Below, one piece after another: positions 48,201-60,247 of a stretch of 64,000 nt of DNA (position 1 is its first letter; each line of letters opens with the position of its first letter). The notes below the pieces were generated by a model. It was not told the DNA's origin. It did not search any database and was given only the letters and a program-made list of their open reading frames with translations. The position numbers and the translations under genes were made by a program. The DNA lies in sequence record OQ363659.1; one strand, written 5' to 3'.

Positions 48201-51200
48201 CCTAGAAGATCTTTAGCGTCAGCAGCCGTACCGAGAGCGTCTTGTGCTGTGTCTAACAGACCGCCTTCTTCCTCGTCCTCTTCTTCCTCTCCTTTCTTTT
48301 TGCCACGCATCTTGTCCCACAATCCACCGAGCGCAGCGGTCATACGACCGAACATCCCTTTGGATTCTTTAGACTCACGCGCTTCCTCAGCCTTGGCCTT
48401 CTTCTCTTCCTCAGTCTTCTCTGCTTTCTCCATCCAGCTACCCTTCCGATTTTTCTTCGGTACGGTTTCACGGATAGCGTCGCGGATCTGCACGAGTACT
48501 TGATCAGTAGTAGACAGGTTAGCTAATTGACGTTTGGAGAATTCACCGATAGGGGCCAGGACAGTCTTAGCGCCAGCCATGGCATCATTGCCGAACTCCT
48601 TACCGAGTTGACGGTAATAAGCTTTGGTCATGTTCCAGTAGCCTTTAACAGCACCACGAACAACCTTACGGATCAACCCTTGGTTCTTAGCGATCGAGTG
48701 CTTCTTCCCGTTGGTGTCAAGCAGAGTCTTTAGCTCTTTCTTATCAACCAGAGGTTCATCAGTCAATGCGTCAAACACGGGACCGTTAATATCGCCAAAC
48801 GACTTGATGATCTTACCATCCAGGTCTTTGTATCCACCCTCTTTCAGTTTCTCAACTGTAAGTACAGGTTTAACTTCGCCTGGTAAGTAAGCATCACGGT
48901 CACCCATCAAGCGAGCGGCAGTGTTTCGCGTCAGCGCCCAAGCAAACTTAGCACCGAACTTTAAAGCGCTTGTAACGTTCTGGGTAGTGTTACCACGCCA
49001 GATTTGTTTAGCTAACTTAGAAGCACGATCACGGACATCTTTCATGTTGAAAGACTGACCATCAGTCGAACGCAGACCACGACCCAGTTCTTCAGCCGTA
49101 GCTACCAGATTACCGAAGCGGTCACTGACGTTACCTTTGATGTCATCCAACGAATAGATCGGTTCCCCGGTTTCTTCGTCGATCAGGTTACCTTCCATCA
49201 AGTCCTTAGCTTTAATAACGACTTTGTCGGTACCTTCTAAACACCAGTCTTTCAGGTCGTCAGCTTTGTTCTTAGCTGCCGAAGCAGTTTTAGAAGCATG
49301 CTCGGAAATGATAGCCTGAACTCGGTCCATGTGCCCTTTGGCTTTATGTACGAGCTCACCGCGGTTGTTGAACAGACCACGCGATACTTCACCAGCCGAT
49401 ACTACGATCTGGTTGAGTTCGTTACGCACTTCACCGGTGATATCAGTAACCTTTTGGATTACCTTACCGGTGTTTACGTCAACGAGCTTACCTTGCATGA
49501 TATCGGTAGCTTTAATGACAGCATCGTTAGCCGCTTCGAGACGCAGATCAACAACACCCATCGCTTCAGACTTCTTGATCTGATCGATCTTGTCATGACC
49601 CAGGGCTAGAACTTGGTTACCAGCAGCTACAGCCCGCTGACCTTGTTCGGTTGCCAACAACGCTTGACCTTTCTCCTTACCAGTATCAATCGAACTGATA
49701 ATTTGCTGAGCCAATTGCAAACGCGCTTCCCGCATTGCAGGTGGTTCTTTGTCAATGACGTTGTTCAGCAAGGCTTTAGCGAAGTCGAGTTTCTCTTGAG
49801 CGGAGAAGTGTTCCATTACAGCTGGCAGACCACCTGCTTTGGCAGCAGCGGTAGCGGCACTGGCAGAATCCTTCAGGTTCTGTACCCGGCCTTTAGCAGC
49901 AGTAGAACCCGCATCGTACTGATCCCGCATGAACTGCATTGGGTCAGCCTTGAATTGATCCATGAGATCACGAGCTTGCCCAAAGCCACGTTTAGCAGCA
50001 TCTTTAGCAGCTTGTGCTTTTGGACCTTCTAACAACCGCGCAGCAGCCGACTGGGTGCGAGCAGAGAAGTGTCCAGGGAACTGAGGACCAACGAAGTTAC
50101 GATCATTAACATCACCCGAGGCAGCATGGTAACTTGCACCAGCACCTGCATGACGCATGTTAACATCAGACGACATCATCTGCCAAAGCATCGGATAGTT
50201 AATCCGGTCTTGACCTTCGACATTTTGGATAATACCGAGTTCACGAAGTTCGTCAGTTTTACCTGCTTCGATCAGACGGTGTATTTCCTGGGCAGGGTCA
50301 CGGGATACGTTACGGATGTTCAGGAACGAGTCCGACATGCGTTTACGTTTCTCATGGTTGTCTGCGGTGTCAGCAAACTTCCCTTTCTCATCCCGCTCGA
50401 ATTGCCCTTTGAAGAAGTCTTCGAGTTCTTGCAGGGTTTCCTTAGATGTCCCTTCCTTATATCCGTACTTCGAACCGTAACGCATTGGATCGAAACGTTT
50501 GTTAGTAGACGCATCACGCAACAGACGTTCAGCCAATGCACGACGTGCACCAGTCGACAGCTTATTATCGGCATCGATAGTATCCAGGGTTTCAGAGATC
50601 TGACCTGATACCATGCGAGTGGTGGACTTCGATACAATTCGGTCTTTCTGGTTAGCCAACGATTCCTTGGCGGTAGTGAAGGCACCCTTAGTAATGTCGA
50701 ACACTTCCATCGGTACGTTTTCATTACCGGTACGCAGCATGCGCAGTTCACGCAAGATACGAGCTTGGAATCCTGGGAGTACTTCAGTCAATGAACGCTG
50801 GGTTAATTGGTTGAAGACTTGATGCTGGCCAATTGTTTGATAGTTACTCGCCTTCGTTTGAGTATCCAAACCAAACTGCGGAACAAACGGACGAAGCATG
50901 TCTTGCAACACGCCTTTAGCACCGTAAGAGTTCTGGTAGTTGTTAACATATTCCTGCATCATTGCAGGCATGTTATCCAGAGCATAACCGACTTGGTTGT
51001 GTTTACCACGACCATGTTTGTTGGACATCCGAGTCATCGCTGGGCGAGCCATACGACCGAGAATCGGAGCAACTGTGTTACGAGCAAAACCATGAACACC
51101 GTCTGCTGCTAAGTTACCAGCCAGCATGTAACGTTGGTCCCAGAAGTCAGACATCGACTCACCGGTTTGTAGACCTTGCACGATGCCAGACAGTGCGCTA

Positions 51201-52216
51201 GAAGCGCGACTATTAACACGGTTCTGTGCAGTGCTACCATAACCACCCAAGAAGCTACTCAGTGATTTACCAACCATCGACGTACCGGCGTTGGCAAAGC
51301 CTTGACGCATGTTCATCGACATCAGATCTTTCATCGATGACTTCAGGTGATCTGGTAGACCGGTGTTACGGACTAATGCTTGGAAAGCTTTGTTCTGCAT
51401 CTCCAGCTGAGCTTCTGCCAGCTTGGACATATCACGCAGAGCTTGATAGCTACGGAATTGTAGTTCTAAGCCCTTACGTTTGAAATCGTAATCGACCTGT
51501 TCAGAGTAGCTCGCGATACGAGTTAACGAATCGACTGCTTGTGCAAGCCCACGCGCTACGTTCTGATGGTGTTTGTTATCGACTTGGTCTCTTAGGCCAC
51601 GTTCGATACGATCGAGATCCCAGCGGCGTTGGTCGGCCTCCTGGCCCATGTTGAACAAACTACGTTGAACAACCGTACCCTGGTCGACAGCACTACGTAG
51701 ATCTTCGCCTAAACCTTGTTTGATCGTTTCTTCGTCTTGAGCTTTCTGCCGACGAATGGCTAACTTAGCCTGATCCTGGTTTGCTTCGATTTGGTATTTG
51801 TACTGGTCAGCCTTATTGGATAGAGCCGTGTTGATCCGATCATACGCCGAATCAGATACCTTTCCTTTAAGGGAAGGCAAGAACGACTCTGCTCGCTTGA
51901 ACAGGTACTGCAAGTCTCCGGGGTTAGTTTTCTCTAAGTGGTCCTTTACGGATTCTACAGAGTTCTTTGCCTGGTCATAAACGCCGAACAAGCGGTCATA
52001 ACCCTTAGGGACGCCGTTCGTTAAGAACGCCTTCAGAAGACTTTTATTTTTACCTTTATCCAGGATGCCATCTTTGAATCCAGCCATGAATTCTTGTACG
52101 GGTGATTTCTTTTTCCCGCCAATATCTTCATCATCAAAGAAGCTATCAAAGTCGTCATCGAAATCAAATGCTGACTTGTTGCTTGCATCCGCCAATTTTG
52201 TTTTATTGCTTGCCAT
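45215..52216 (-). CDS. Large tail protein (tape-measure-like) with C-terminal lytic transglycosylase, phiKZ gp181-like
   Basis: 2333 aa, long helical region; GH23/SLT motifs [41 protein letters not shown]; divergent from the vRNAP genes as in phiKZ. Confidence 0.9.
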   Translation of the reverse strand: MASNKTKLADASNKSAFDFDDDFDSFFDDEDIGGKKKSPVQEFMAGFKDGILDKGKNKSLLKAFLTNGVPKGYDRLFGVYDQAKNSVESVKDHLEKTNPGDLQYLFKRAESFLPSLKGKVSDSAYDRINTALSNKADQYKYQIEANQDQAKLAIRRQKAQDEETIKQGLGEDLRSAVDQGTVVQRSLFNMGQEADQRRWDLDRIERGLRDQVDNKHHQNVARGLAQAVDSLTRIASYSEQVDYDFKRKGLELQFRSYQALRDMSKLAEAQLEMQNKAFQALVRNTGLPDHLKSSMKDLMSMNMRQGFANAGTSMVGKSLSSFLGGYGSTAQNRVNSRASSALSGIVQGLQTGESMSDFWDQRYMLAGNLAADGVHGFARNTVAPILGRMARPAMTRMSNKHGRGKHNQVGYALDNMPAMMQEYVNNYQNSYGAKGVLQDMLRPFVPQFGLDTQTKASNYQTIGQHQVFNQLTQRSLTEVLPGFQARILRELRMLRTGNENVPMEVFDITKGAFTTAKESLANQKDRIVSKSTTRMVSGQISETLDTIDADNKLSTGARRALAERLLRDASTNKRFDPMRYGSKYGYKEGTSKETLQELEDFFKGQFERDEKGKFADTADNHEKRKRMSDSFLNIRNVSRDPAQEIHRLIEAGKTDELRELGIIQNVEGQDRINYPMLWQMMSSDVNMRHAGAGASYHAASGDVNDRNFVGPQFPGHFSARTQSAAARLLEGPKAQAAKDAAKRGFGQARDLMDQFKADPMQFMRDQYDAGSTAAKGRVQNLKDSASAATAAAKAGGLPAVMEHFSAQEKLDFAKALLNNVIDKEPPAMREARLQLAQQIISSIDTGKEKGQALLATEQGQRAVAAGNQVLALGHDKIDQIKKSEAMGVVDLRLEAANDAVIKATDIMQGKLVDVNTGKVIQKVTDITGEVRNELNQIVVSAGEVSRGLFNNRGELVHKAKGHMDRVQAIISEHASKTASAAKNKADDLKDWCLEGTDKVVIKAKDLMEGNLIDEETGEPIYSLDDIKGNVSDRFGNLVATAEELGRGLRSTDGQSFNMKDVRDRASKLAKQIWRGNTTQNVTSALKFGAKFAWALTRNTAARLMGDRDAYLPGEVKPVLTVEKLKEGGYKDLDGKIIKSFGDINGPVFDALTDEPLVDKKELKTLLDTNGKKHSIAKNQGLIRKVVRGAVKGYWNMTKAYYRQLGKEFGNDAMAGAKTVLAPIGEFSKRQLANLSTTDQVLVQIRDAIRETVPKKNRKGSWMEKAEKTEEEKKAKAEEARESKESKGMFGRMTAALGGLWDKMRGKKKGEEEEDEEEGGLLDTAQDALGTAADAKDLLGGNGEGRGGRRGKGRLARMGRRIATSRAGQFAATQGGRLMATAGGQMAARGAMMVGSALASLVSAPVLIGAAVVAGVGIAGYFTYKYFAGVKGEFMSVRMLQYGITSTRQRHKILKLEQLLEKTALRGQSPQMNVSAAGGKAILDIMGFDKDDEAAIHRFARWMDLRFKPVFCQWLKAIDTIGKTQMSLTDIEEKVDDALKGTLVKEITMEYGDGGPFACRDNPFGDDEKLDDTIEETKERIKELSEKYKIDPEKEKAALPGTKPKATEPTEEAKENKEKGAAVVAAAATAAATKAAQEAKAIGKANAESQDKAAKSVQQKVNHMAKVAGVAVSATAVANNIMPVPIAAQELPALDAIRARAYGMETLNKTQMESLIAMETRLDLQSKTDQSGIVKFTGDMEKFIVAAGPLFGKNTAEHGEDRVKFVNWMTDRFIPVAEMFLTMARSTYRGKPGMASTQMKLGDQVRVANGVLGATNSNGQSVWSAPSIFTVKGDLKELKKLADVDAAYLEKQAAAVLSSPTQSAGAQAAGAMNAESGKSFFDGVVDKVSNAFNAATNALSGAADKVGSALGSAASAVSNGVRSVGSSIAAGAVSAYGAISEAVTGQSYGYVSAGNGGSWEQVPMPTSKDAKGSRKTMEVVAQMVGVPVQYLMIFCAMESGFDWTIKAGAGGSATGWFQFINSTWDWMLQQHSKKYGLPADVGRRLRLDPRINALMGAEYMKYSMNVIKKATGKDPTDIDIYLAHFLGPGTAVKWLKMPKNTVGKYAFPKEAAANPSIFKDNRTLAQIEASFDKRMDQFRAMANAGTSSGAAVPLKVEDVEKAQAAEKAKGEEAEAKKEDKFIPGVSAMPGGPSATGSTPTNTGTGGPTLTTATGAATQAPAGSSTAPVGVMAGGAPKEEAAPSGGLANAGTNAAADAAAAASAARDQQRAQQVQQSTQQDTAIMTVQQEQLSVQKAMLQALQTLVQGQGVQSQGNSMPQQQSRQANKAAYPVPV

Positions 52217-52269
52217 GGTTGTACTCCAGACATGAACTTCATATCGTTAACCCCAAAAGGACCCGAAAG

Positions 52270-53922
52270 ATGAAAAAGGCCTTATTACCTTTCAATATCT
52301 CACTACTTGTTCCCGACAGAGATTTACTCGGTCGTATCGGTCGAGTCACCTCTCACGAAATCTTCGTAGGTAATGGTGGCAACTTCCATGAAGAAGGTTT
52401 GTTCTCCGTTTCTATCTTTGGACGGGTGGGTAGCCAAGAGCGTGAAAGTAACTTTGGTTACATCAAGTTGGGTCTACCGGTAATCCATCCGCTGGTGTAT
52501 CGCAACATTCTGAAGCTGAAAGGCTTCTATGAGGATATCATCCTCGGTCGTCAATATGCTGTCTATGATGAAGAGACTAAAGACTTCGTCAAGGCATCTG
52601 AACTCGATGGCCAAACAGGCTACACGTATTTCTTTGATAATTGGAAGCGCGTTGTTTTCAAAGAAACGGATTCTGATATCCGTCGTGTACGTCTGAAGCT
52701 TGTAAATGAAAACATGGATAAGTCTGAGCTATCAGCGATGCTGGTAATCCCTGCTGCTTATCGTGAAGCTGAACCTAACCCAGATGGTCGAATTGAATAT
52801 GACGAAATTAACGATGTTTACCGCGTGTTGCTCCAGCAGTCGACCGGTATCCCCGAGCACTTTGGTCCTAATGCTGATCTATCCATGTATGACAAGCGCC
52901 GGGTGGCGATGCAGTTAAGAGTACAGGAGATCTATGACCACTACGAGAAACTGATCTCGGGTAAGTCTGGTTACGTACAATCGAAGTGGGCTTCTCGCCG
53001 TGTGTTCAACGGTACTCGTAACGTTATCTCGTCGCTTGATACTAACGCAGCTGACTTGGGTGAACCAAACCGTCCTAAGTTTAAAGACTGTGTGATCGGT
53101 ATCCACCAAGCTAGCCGTGGTGCTGCTCCTAAGACTATCTACGGGATGCGGAACTCGATCATCGGTGAGATCTTTGAAACCATGTCCAACCGAGTTGAAC
53201 TGGTTAATAAGAAGACGCTGGTGAAAGAGTGGGTAGACGTATCGGTTGACGATATGGATACTTGGTCTACACCTCAAGGCTTAGAACGAGTCATGAACGA
53301 ACTCGAGGTTATCGAGAAACGTTCACGTGCCGTAGAGATCGCTGATCATTACCTAGCACTCGTGTATCTGGATGATAAGAAGAACTATCGAATCATTCGT
53401 GACATCAATGAGATCCCCGCTGGCTTCGATCAGAAATGGGCTCGACCAATCACGTACTCCGAACTCGTGTACCTCAGCGGTTTAGATATGTGGTACAAAC
53501 TGCGTGGGTTCGTAACACGTTACCCCGTAGAGAACTACAACAGCTCTATCCCGGTGTCTATCTACGTGAAGACCACCGTGACTGGTGAACTGCGTTATCC
53601 ACTCGGTCCAGATTTCAAACGAGATCCTAATGGACCAGTCGCATTGGAATACCCAATGCTGGAAGTAGGCAAGACTGCTCAATGGCACGACTCTACTTCG
53701 GTATCGCCAACTATCCTTTCTCCACTCGGCGCTGACTTCGACGGTGACACCGTATCGGTTAACATCGTTTACTCGAAAGAAGCTCTGGCTGAAATGGATA
53801 AGTTCTTCCGTTCCCGTATTGCATACATCGACGCTACTGGCGGATTGGCGTTCAGTTCCACTATCCACACTGTGAACCTCGTACTCCGGTATATGACTGG
53901 CGATCCAAAACCAAGGACCTAA
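52270..53922 (+). CDS. rpoC: Virion RNA polymerase beta' subunit fragment with catalytic loop (phiKZ gp180-like)
   Basis: SIFG, SRRVFNGTRNVI, catalytic LGADFDGD; start moved to MKKALL (550 aa). Confidence 0.92.
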   Translation: MKKALLPFNISLLVPDRDLLGRIGRVTSHEIFVGNGGNFHEEGLFSVSIFGRVGSQERESNFGYIKLGLPVIHPLVYRNILKLKGFYEDIILGRQYAVYDEETKDFVKASELDGQTGYTYFFDNWKRVVFKETDSDIRRVRLKLVNENMDKSELSAMLVIPAAYREAEPNPDGRIEYDEINDVYRVLLQQSTGIPEHFGPNADLSMYDKRRVAMQLRVQEIYDHYEKLISGKSGYVQSKWASRRVFNGTRNVISSLDTNAADLGEPNRPKFKDCVIGIHQASRGAAPKTIYGMRNSIIGEIFETMSNRVELVNKKTLVKEWVDVSVDDMDTWSTPQGLERVMNELEVIEKRSRAVEIADHYLALVYLDDKKNYRIIRDINEIPAGFDQKWARPITYSELVYLSGLDMWYKLRGFVTRYPVENYNSSIPVSIYVKTTVTGELRYPLGPDFKRDPNGPVALEYPMLEVGKTAQWHDSTSVSPTILSPLGADFDGDTVSVNIVYSKEALAEMDKFFRSRIAYIDATGGLAFSSTIHTVNLVLRYMTGDPKPRT

Positions 53923-53925
53923 ACA

Positions 53926-56900
53926 ATGCGCTTACAGATCGAACAATTTCGGAAACAGTATACTGTCTTCGAACAAGGTAAACTTCAACAACCCAAGCTG
54001 CACCTGCTAAACAAGTTCCACCTGCCTCATCGGTCGGTGGTTCACTTCTCTGATCCTAACTCGGCGGTCCGCGGACCGTCGCAGTCCGATCCGATGTTCA
54101 ACAAGGCTACTGGTAAGGTTTACATTGAGCACGTGCTCAACCTTACCACCTTGGAGGGCAACCCTCGTAAGTCTGCGTTGACTGGTAATAAGCTGCAAGC
54201 TGAATTCCGTCAACACCATGCATTCTTTAAACCACTGACTAAAGATGAGGCGTTGTCAATCAACCCTCTCAACATCATGGTGTTCAACTATAACCTGTTG
54301 GACCCTCAGTGGATCTACCAGCCTAACTTCAAAGCCCAGTACCTGCGTTGGTCTAACAACCAGCGTACGTTCTGGCAAAACGTAGCGGCGTCTCATCGTC
54401 GCTTCGGTTGGGAGCAGTTCGTAGAGATCCACCTGCCTGAACAAATGCCTGATCTGGCTTCGTTCAAACGCATGGCGGATAACCAGAACCAAACCATGCT
54501 GGATATCTTCACCACACCACAACAGTTCTCTATCTGGGATCTGTATCGTTGGTTGGGTCCATTCCGTGAGCAATCGATGATGTCGGTTGTTCAACCAGAT
54601 ATGTACTCGAAGATCTGGTTCCTGATCCGTGCACGAGATCGTTTCGTTGTACTGAACATGGGTGCTCTGGATGAATGGCGCGACGGTACTAAAGATGCAC
54701 AGGTCTCGGTTGAATCGTTCCTGAAAGACTTCGGTCGTGATGCATTCAGCATCGCACAAGAAAACATCTGTGCTGGTGAAGAGTTCGCACATAACCACAT
54801 TACTCAGGTAATGCAGGAATACGGGCTGACTAACCAAGTTGCTTTGGAATCGTTCATCACTACGTTTGGTATGGAAGCATTCTTCCCTCCAGCTGTAATG
54901 CAACGTCGTGTGCTGTCTTTGCTGACCGCATTGACCGAGTACAGCCACCAAGCTGAAACATTGTCCAACGTTATCGATCACTCGAAACTCGAAGATGTTG
55001 TTGACGAAGAACCGGAGAAGAAAGATGACGAGGAAGAAGACGAAGATCAGTATAACGACAGTGAACCTGAGAACGCGGATGATTCGGTCAACGGTGTACA
55101 ATCCGAAGACTCGCTCGATCTCCCGTCCTTCAGTATCCCTAGTCTCGATTTCTCCGAAGATGGAGCGACTTATAACCCGCCTGACGCCGAGCTCTTCACC
55201 ACGAAGCTCCAGATTGAAAGTGATCCTGAACTGGCTAATCGGCCACGGGAGCTTAAGGTCGAAACTCAACGCGTGGATGCCATTCCTCCAGAAGTGGCTG
55301 AAGCCGTCCCGCTAGTAGCTGGTGTTGCTGCTCCTGCTTACGATCTGTACAAGCTCGGTATCATTGCCCCACGTACATTCGAGCAAGCGCTGCAAGACGC
55401 ACAGTCGTACAAGACCATCAAAGATCCATTTGGTTCTGGTGTATCGATGGAAGAAGCAATGGAGTACAAGCAGGAAGACTACACGCTTCCACCAGATACC
55501 CAACTGGCTGACTCCGATACGATTCTGGACAAGTCGATGCTGGGCTCTAAGCTCAAAGCAATGCAACGTAAGTATCAAACGACTCTGCGTAACAAAGACT
55601 TGATCCAAGCGGTAATGTCGGTACAGAAGCAAGGTACTGCGGTAACGAACTACGAAGTGGAAGAAGTGCGTAACGCAATGAACCACTACGAGATTCACAA
55701 AGTTACCCTGAAGCCTATTCGTGGTAAACCAGGTACTGTGTACTTCCGTCTGCCTGTGGTCGATCGTGATGGTCGTTATATGTCGAACGGTGTTACTTAC
55801 CGGATGCGTATGCAACGTGCTGACTTGCCAATCCGTAAGGTGAAGCCTGACACTGTAGCGATGACTTCTTATTACAACAAGACGTTCGTTATGCGCTCGC
55901 ATCTGGCTGCTCACAACTACGATGCTTGGATTACCCGTCAGATCCGTGAGCGTGCTCTGGACCCTGAAGACGATCGTATTACTGGCGTGCTGTATGCTGA
56001 ACTCGATCAATCGGCTTACGCTCTCCCACGAGTCTACACGCAACTCGGTTCTGCATTCCGTGGTTTCTCTTCTGGTCCGTTGTTCCTGTACTTCAAGTTT
56101 GACGATCACGTCGAATACTTCCAAACCAAGTACAAGATCGATGCTAAGGATCACGAAACCAATCGCTTGACGTTGGTAGGTGTTCACGGTAAGAAACCTG
56201 TACTGTTGGACAAAGGTGGTCAGTTCTATGTTAAGGACAAAGACAACCTCGAACCACTGGGCTCGATTGTAGAACTGTTGGGACTGGATCAATCCAAGGC
56301 TCCACTGGAAGCAGCCTTCATGAACGTGGGTTCGAAAGAACTACCACTGGCATTCGTGTTGGGTTACAAGTACGGTCTGCAAGCTACACTGAAACGGTTG
56401 AACGCTAAGTTCACTCGTCATCACCGTGGTGAGCGTATTCCGGTAAGTGCTGACAACTACGTATTGGCTTTCCAAGACGAAGTGTTAGTATTCGATCGTT
56501 CGGACTATCGGACGCAGCTCGTACTGGGTGGCATGCGTAAGTATGCTAAGCTGATGCCTAACTTCTCGATCTACGACTTCGAGAAACCTGATGTATATCA
56601 ACGCTTGCTGTTGGAAACAGGCATGACTGCTCGCTTCACCAAAGAGATCGATGCATTGTTCACTGCTTGGGTTGACCCGATTACTGAAGGTCTGCTGAAA
56701 CAGATGGGTGAACCGACTACGTTCGATGGTCTGTTGTATCGAGCTGTAGACATGCTGCTGATCGACTGGTCGCCTTCCGAGGTAGATGGTGCTTACATGC
56801 GCTATCGTGGCTATGAGCGTATGGCAGGGGCTGTATACAACGAACTGAACAAAGCGGTTAAACGCTTCAACGGTGCTACTGGTTCTGCTGCTGTTCAAGT

Positions 56901-58401
56901 ACAGATGGACCCGGCAGTTGTGTGGAAGAAGATTGCTCAAGACCCTACTATCATGGTGGTCGAAGATTCTAACCCACTAGCTAACATCCGTGAACAGGAA
57001 TCCATGACCTATCGTGGTGATGGTGGTCGTTCAACTACATCGATGGTTGCTCGTACACGTGTGTATGGTCAAGCAGACGTTGGTGTGGTATCGGAATCTA
57101 CAGTTGACTCCGGTGACGTAGGTGTTATTGCTTACCTGACACCAGATGCTAACTTTGACTCGATGCGTGGTACTACTCGTCCGTTTGATCCGACTACTGA
57201 TGGTCCTGCTCGACAACTGTCGACATGTGCACTGTTGGGTGTGGCTACGACCAACGACGATACTAAGCGTATTAACTTTATCTCAATTCAGCAACAACAA
57301 GGGATTTATGCTGATGGATATGAACCCACTCCACTTCGTACAGGCTACGAGCAGATCGTTGCTCAGCGGACTAGTTCCATCTTTGCTTCTGCGGCGGAAG
57401 ATGACGGTAAGGTTATTGCCGTTGATGAGTACGGGATTACTGTCGAGTACGCTAATGGTGAAACTACGTCGTACCAAATGGGCAAGATCCACGGATCAGC
57501 TGCCGGTACCAACTACCCACACTCCATCATCTCCGACCTGAAAGTTGGTGACACGTTCAAGCGTGGACAAACTCTAGCGTACAACGAGAAGTACTTCACT
57601 CCAGATCGCATGACTCCAGGTCAGGTAATTTGGAAAGCTGGTATCAACACAGTCGTTGCTTTCAGTGACAACTTGGATACCCTCGAAGACGGATCGGTTA
57701 TCTCCGAACGCTGTGCTATTAAGATGAACACTCAGACTTCCAAGATCAAATCGGTCGGGGTTAAGTTCGAGCAGAACATCGAAAACATGGTTAAAGTCGG
57801 CGATCACGTGGACTTGGATTCAATTCTATGTACGATTAAAGATGCCGACTCGGGTGGTGGCTCAGTGTTTGACGAAGTATCGCGTGAAACTCTCGCGAAG
57901 CTTTCGAACTATTCCCCTCGTGCGAAGGTCGTCGGCGTAGTGTCTAAGATCGAAGTCTTCTATCATGGTGATCGTGATGAGATGTCGGACTCGCTACGTA
58001 AGCTCGCATACGAATCCGATAAGATTCGTGAAGCAGAAGCCAAGTCTCGTGGGCAACAGTTCTTCAGTGGTGAAGTAGATCATGAATACCGTATTCGCGG
58101 TAATGGTCTGGAACCACAGTCTCTGATTATCAACATCTATATCGATCACGATATCCCTTGTGGTGTCGGTGACAAAGGTGTAGTTGCTAACCAGATGAAG
58201 ACTGTATTCTCTCGAGTCATGCGCGGTGTTAACCAAACTAAATCTGGTTTGGATATCGACTTGATCTTCGGTAACACATCCGTAGAAGAGCGGATGGTAC
58301 TGAGCCCTAAACTGATCGGAACCACAACTATTCTTCTTGCTGAATTGTCCAAGCACCTGGTAGGTGTCTACAGAGGAACCGCAAATGCAAAATCTAAGTA
58401 A
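53926..58401 (+). CDS. rpoB: Virion RNA polymerase beta subunit fragment (phiKZ gp178-like)
   Basis: ESTVDSGDVG, NDDTKRINFISIQQQQ, EDGSVISE, VKVGDHV, VGDKG, DLIFGN..SVEERM; synteny. Confidence 0.9.
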   Translation: MRLQIEQFRKQYTVFEQGKLQQPKLHLLNKFHLPHRSVVHFSDPNSAVRGPSQSDPMFNKATGKVYIEHVLNLTTLEGNPRKSALTGNKLQAEFRQHHAFFKPLTKDEALSINPLNIMVFNYNLLDPQWIYQPNFKAQYLRWSNNQRTFWQNVAASHRRFGWEQFVEIHLPEQMPDLASFKRMADNQNQTMLDIFTTPQQFSIWDLYRWLGPFREQSMMSVVQPDMYSKIWFLIRARDRFVVLNMGALDEWRDGTKDAQVSVESFLKDFGRDAFSIAQENICAGEEFAHNHITQVMQEYGLTNQVALESFITTFGMEAFFPPAVMQRRVLSLLTALTEYSHQAETLSNVIDHSKLEDVVDEEPEKKDDEEEDEDQYNDSEPENADDSVNGVQSEDSLDLPSFSIPSLDFSEDGATYNPPDAELFTTKLQIESDPELANRPRELKVETQRVDAIPPEVAEAVPLVAGVAAPAYDLYKLGIIAPRTFEQALQDAQSYKTIKDPFGSGVSMEEAMEYKQEDYTLPPDTQLADSDTILDKSMLGSKLKAMQRKYQTTLRNKDLIQAVMSVQKQGTAVTNYEVEEVRNAMNHYEIHKVTLKPIRGKPGTVYFRLPVVDRDGRYMSNGVTYRMRMQRADLPIRKVKPDTVAMTSYYNKTFVMRSHLAAHNYDAWITRQIRERALDPEDDRITGVLYAELDQSAYALPRVYTQLGSAFRGFSSGPLFLYFKFDDHVEYFQTKYKIDAKDHETNRLTLVGVHGKKPVLLDKGGQFYVKDKDNLEPLGSIVELLGLDQSKAPLEAAFMNVGSKELPLAFVLGYKYGLQATLKRLNAKFTRHHRGERIPVSADNYVLAFQDEVLVFDRSDYRTQLVLGGMRKYAKLMPNFSIYDFEKPDVYQRLLLETGMTARFTKEIDALFTAWVDPITEGLLKQMGEPTTFDGLLYRAVDMLLIDWSPSEVDGAYMRYRGYERMAGAVYNELNKAVKRFNGATGSAAVQVQMDPAVVWKKIAQDPTIMVVEDSNPLANIREQESMTYRGDGGRSTTSMVARTRVYGQADVGVVSESTVDSGDVGVIAYLTPDANFDSMRGTTRPFDPTTDGPARQLSTCALLGVATTNDDTKRINFISIQQQQGIYADGYEPTPLRTGYEQIVAQRTSSIFASAAEDDGKVIAVDEYGITVEYANGETTSYQMGKIHGSAAGTNYPHSIISDLKVGDTFKRGQTLAYNEKYFTPDRMTPGQVIWKAGINTVVAFSDNLDTLEDGSVISERCAIKMNTQTSKIKSVGVKFEQNIENMVKVGDHVDLDSILCTIKDADSGGGSVFDEVSRETLAKLSNYSPRAKVVGVVSKIEVFYHGDRDEMSDSLRKLAYESDKIREAEAKSRGQQFFSGEVDHEYRIRGNGLEPQSLIINIYIDHDIPCGVGDKGVVANQMKTVFSRVMRGVNQTKSGLDIDLIFGNTSVEERMVLSPKLIGTTTILLAELSKHLVGVYRGTANAKSK

Positions 58402-58582
58402 CAACGTCGCACACGGGCAGAGTCTTTCGATTCTGTCTGCCGCTGTCGAACTGGGCGCAGAAGCAATTCTGCGCATCCTCGGCACGGAACATACCTCTTC
58501 TACGCTGAACGGGGTATTCCTAACCAAGCAAGACGTCCAGGAAGCCCTGGCTGCTCGTATCGCAAAACAACTCGCAATCTAA
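58385..58582 (+). CDS. Small hypothetical protein (65 aa)
   Basis: Start overlaps the end of the beta gene. Confidence 0.6.
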   Translation: MQNLSNNVAHGQSLSILSAAVELGAEAILRILGTEHTSSTLNGVFLTKQDVQEALAARIAKQLAI

Positions 58583-58592
58583 AGGAAACGTC

Positions 58593-60236
58593 ATGTCTGA
58601 TATCGCCACTACCGTGCAATCTGTTAAGCTGATTGCACAGCAACTGACTGAAGCCAGTCAGGTTCTGGTCATTCCGAATCCTGAGTTTCCTATTGCTCAA
58701 TTCGCTAGCGGTTACGCTGTAGACCAAACTCCATCGGCTGCGCCAGTCTCTGAAGAACTTACCGCCTCTGTCGAAGAACACTTCGAAGAGATGAACGAAG
58801 AACAACCTGTCCACGTAGAAGAAGACCAAGCTGACCTTACCAGCTTGGTTGCTGCTGCCCTGGGCAAGATTCAATACAACGTATCGAACGTTGTGATCCC
58901 AGGTGTTGATTCGATGGTTCGTGATTTCAACGAACGCCAGAAGATCTCCACTTCGGCTGACGTTCGTGCAGATTACTTCCGTTACGATGCCGTTCACTCT
59001 GAACCACGTCTGACCTCACATCTGCAAAACTACGCCAACGTAAACCCACAACCTAACTACCGGACTTTCATTCTGGAACCTAAAGGTGTGGAGCAGATCA
59101 TCGAAATGGTTTCCATCAACAACCCACATGCCGATCGTGAGCAAATCACCGAGTGGCTGTTGAAAGTTGATCCTGAGACCATCAGCCGTACTTACGCTGA
59201 TCTGTTCAATCGGAACAAAGCTCTGACAGTTGGTGAGCTGTCGTTCGTTGTTGGCACCAATGCTCCGTTCAACGTTGATGCATTGCTACTGGCATATTTC
59301 CTGTGTGGTCATCTGGGCGAGAACCCAGCTGAGCCGATCGGTGAATCTGTAACCTACGAAGAGTGGGTACACGTACTGCGCATGCTCCATGAGATGCTGG
59401 GTGCTTACCTGCTGCGTGCTTATCAGCGCCGTGCTGAAGATCAACGCAACGGTGTATTCATCCTTCGTTCGGAAGCTACTAACGCTGTAGAGAATCGTCG
59501 TCTGGTCGTATGGCTGAACGGTGACTGCGAAGCACAGTGGAAAGCTGCTAATGGTGACCTGTCTGCTGTCCTGGGTTCTGCTCTGGAATCGGAAGGTACT
59601 CAAACCATCGCTCGACTGGAAGAACGTAAAGCTTACTTCATCCAGAAGTTCCAAGCTGTTTATCCGTTGATCAAACAAGCTGCTGCTGACAATGCTGAAC
59701 GTAGCCGTCGTAAGGACATGGTTGAAGCATTCTTCGAACAAGCTCAAGCCGGTACTCTTGCTGAGATGCAAGTAGACGGTCTGCGTGAGAAAGTCGTTGA
59801 TGCTATCCGTCAAATCCGTCCTGAACAACTGGACAATGAGTTCCTGGCCTTCGGTTCGTTGATCTGTCAGATCTACTTCCCTGAAGCTACTTACTGGGAA
59901 TACATGTGCCTGATGGATCAGTTCTCTCAGAAAGATCCAAACATCACACCACGTGAAATGTCGACTCAAGCTCTGCTGTCGCTGTACGCTGTGTGGGCTG
60001 CATCGCAGATCCAAGTTGATCGCTTCAAGCCTGACGCTAACGAGATCGCTGCACAGCCTCTGGAAGAACCTACTGGTGGTGAAGCTGAATCGGCAATCGC
60101 TGATGCTGCTACCGGCGAAGGTCCTCTGGTAGAAGAAACTGATCCTGAGATGGAAGCCGCTGACGCTGTTGATGCCGAAGGTGAGTCTGCTGAAGAAACC
60201 GATGCTGAAGATCCAGAACACGAACAGCAAGTCTAA
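58593..60236 (+). CDS. Virion head/ejection protein, phiKZ gp177-like
   Basis: 547 aa with acidic termini; synteny between vRNAP beta and the protease. Confidence 0.65.
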   Translation: MSDIATTVQSVKLIAQQLTEASQVLVIPNPEFPIAQFASGYAVDQTPSAAPVSEELTASVEEHFEEMNEEQPVHVEEDQADLTSLVAAALGKIQYNVSNVVIPGVDSMVRDFNERQKISTSADVRADYFRYDAVHSEPRLTSHLQNYANVNPQPNYRTFILEPKGVEQIIEMVSINNPHADREQITEWLLKVDPETISRTYADLFNRNKALTVGELSFVVGTNAPFNVDALLLAYFLCGHLGENPAEPIGESVTYEEWVHVLRMLHEMLGAYLLRAYQRRAEDQRNGVFILRSEATNAVENRRLVVWLNGDCEAQWKAANGDLSAVLGSALESEGTQTIARLEERKAYFIQKFQAVYPLIKQAAADNAERSRRKDMVEAFFEQAQAGTLAEMQVDGLREKVVDAIRQIRPEQLDNEFLAFGSLICQIYFPEATYWEYMCLMDQFSQKDPNITPREMSTQALLSLYAVWAASQIQVDRFKPDANEIAAQPLEEPTGGEAESAIADAATGEGPLVEETDPEMEAADAVDAEGESAEETDAEDPEHEQQV

Positions 60237-60247
60237 GGGGTTAAAAC

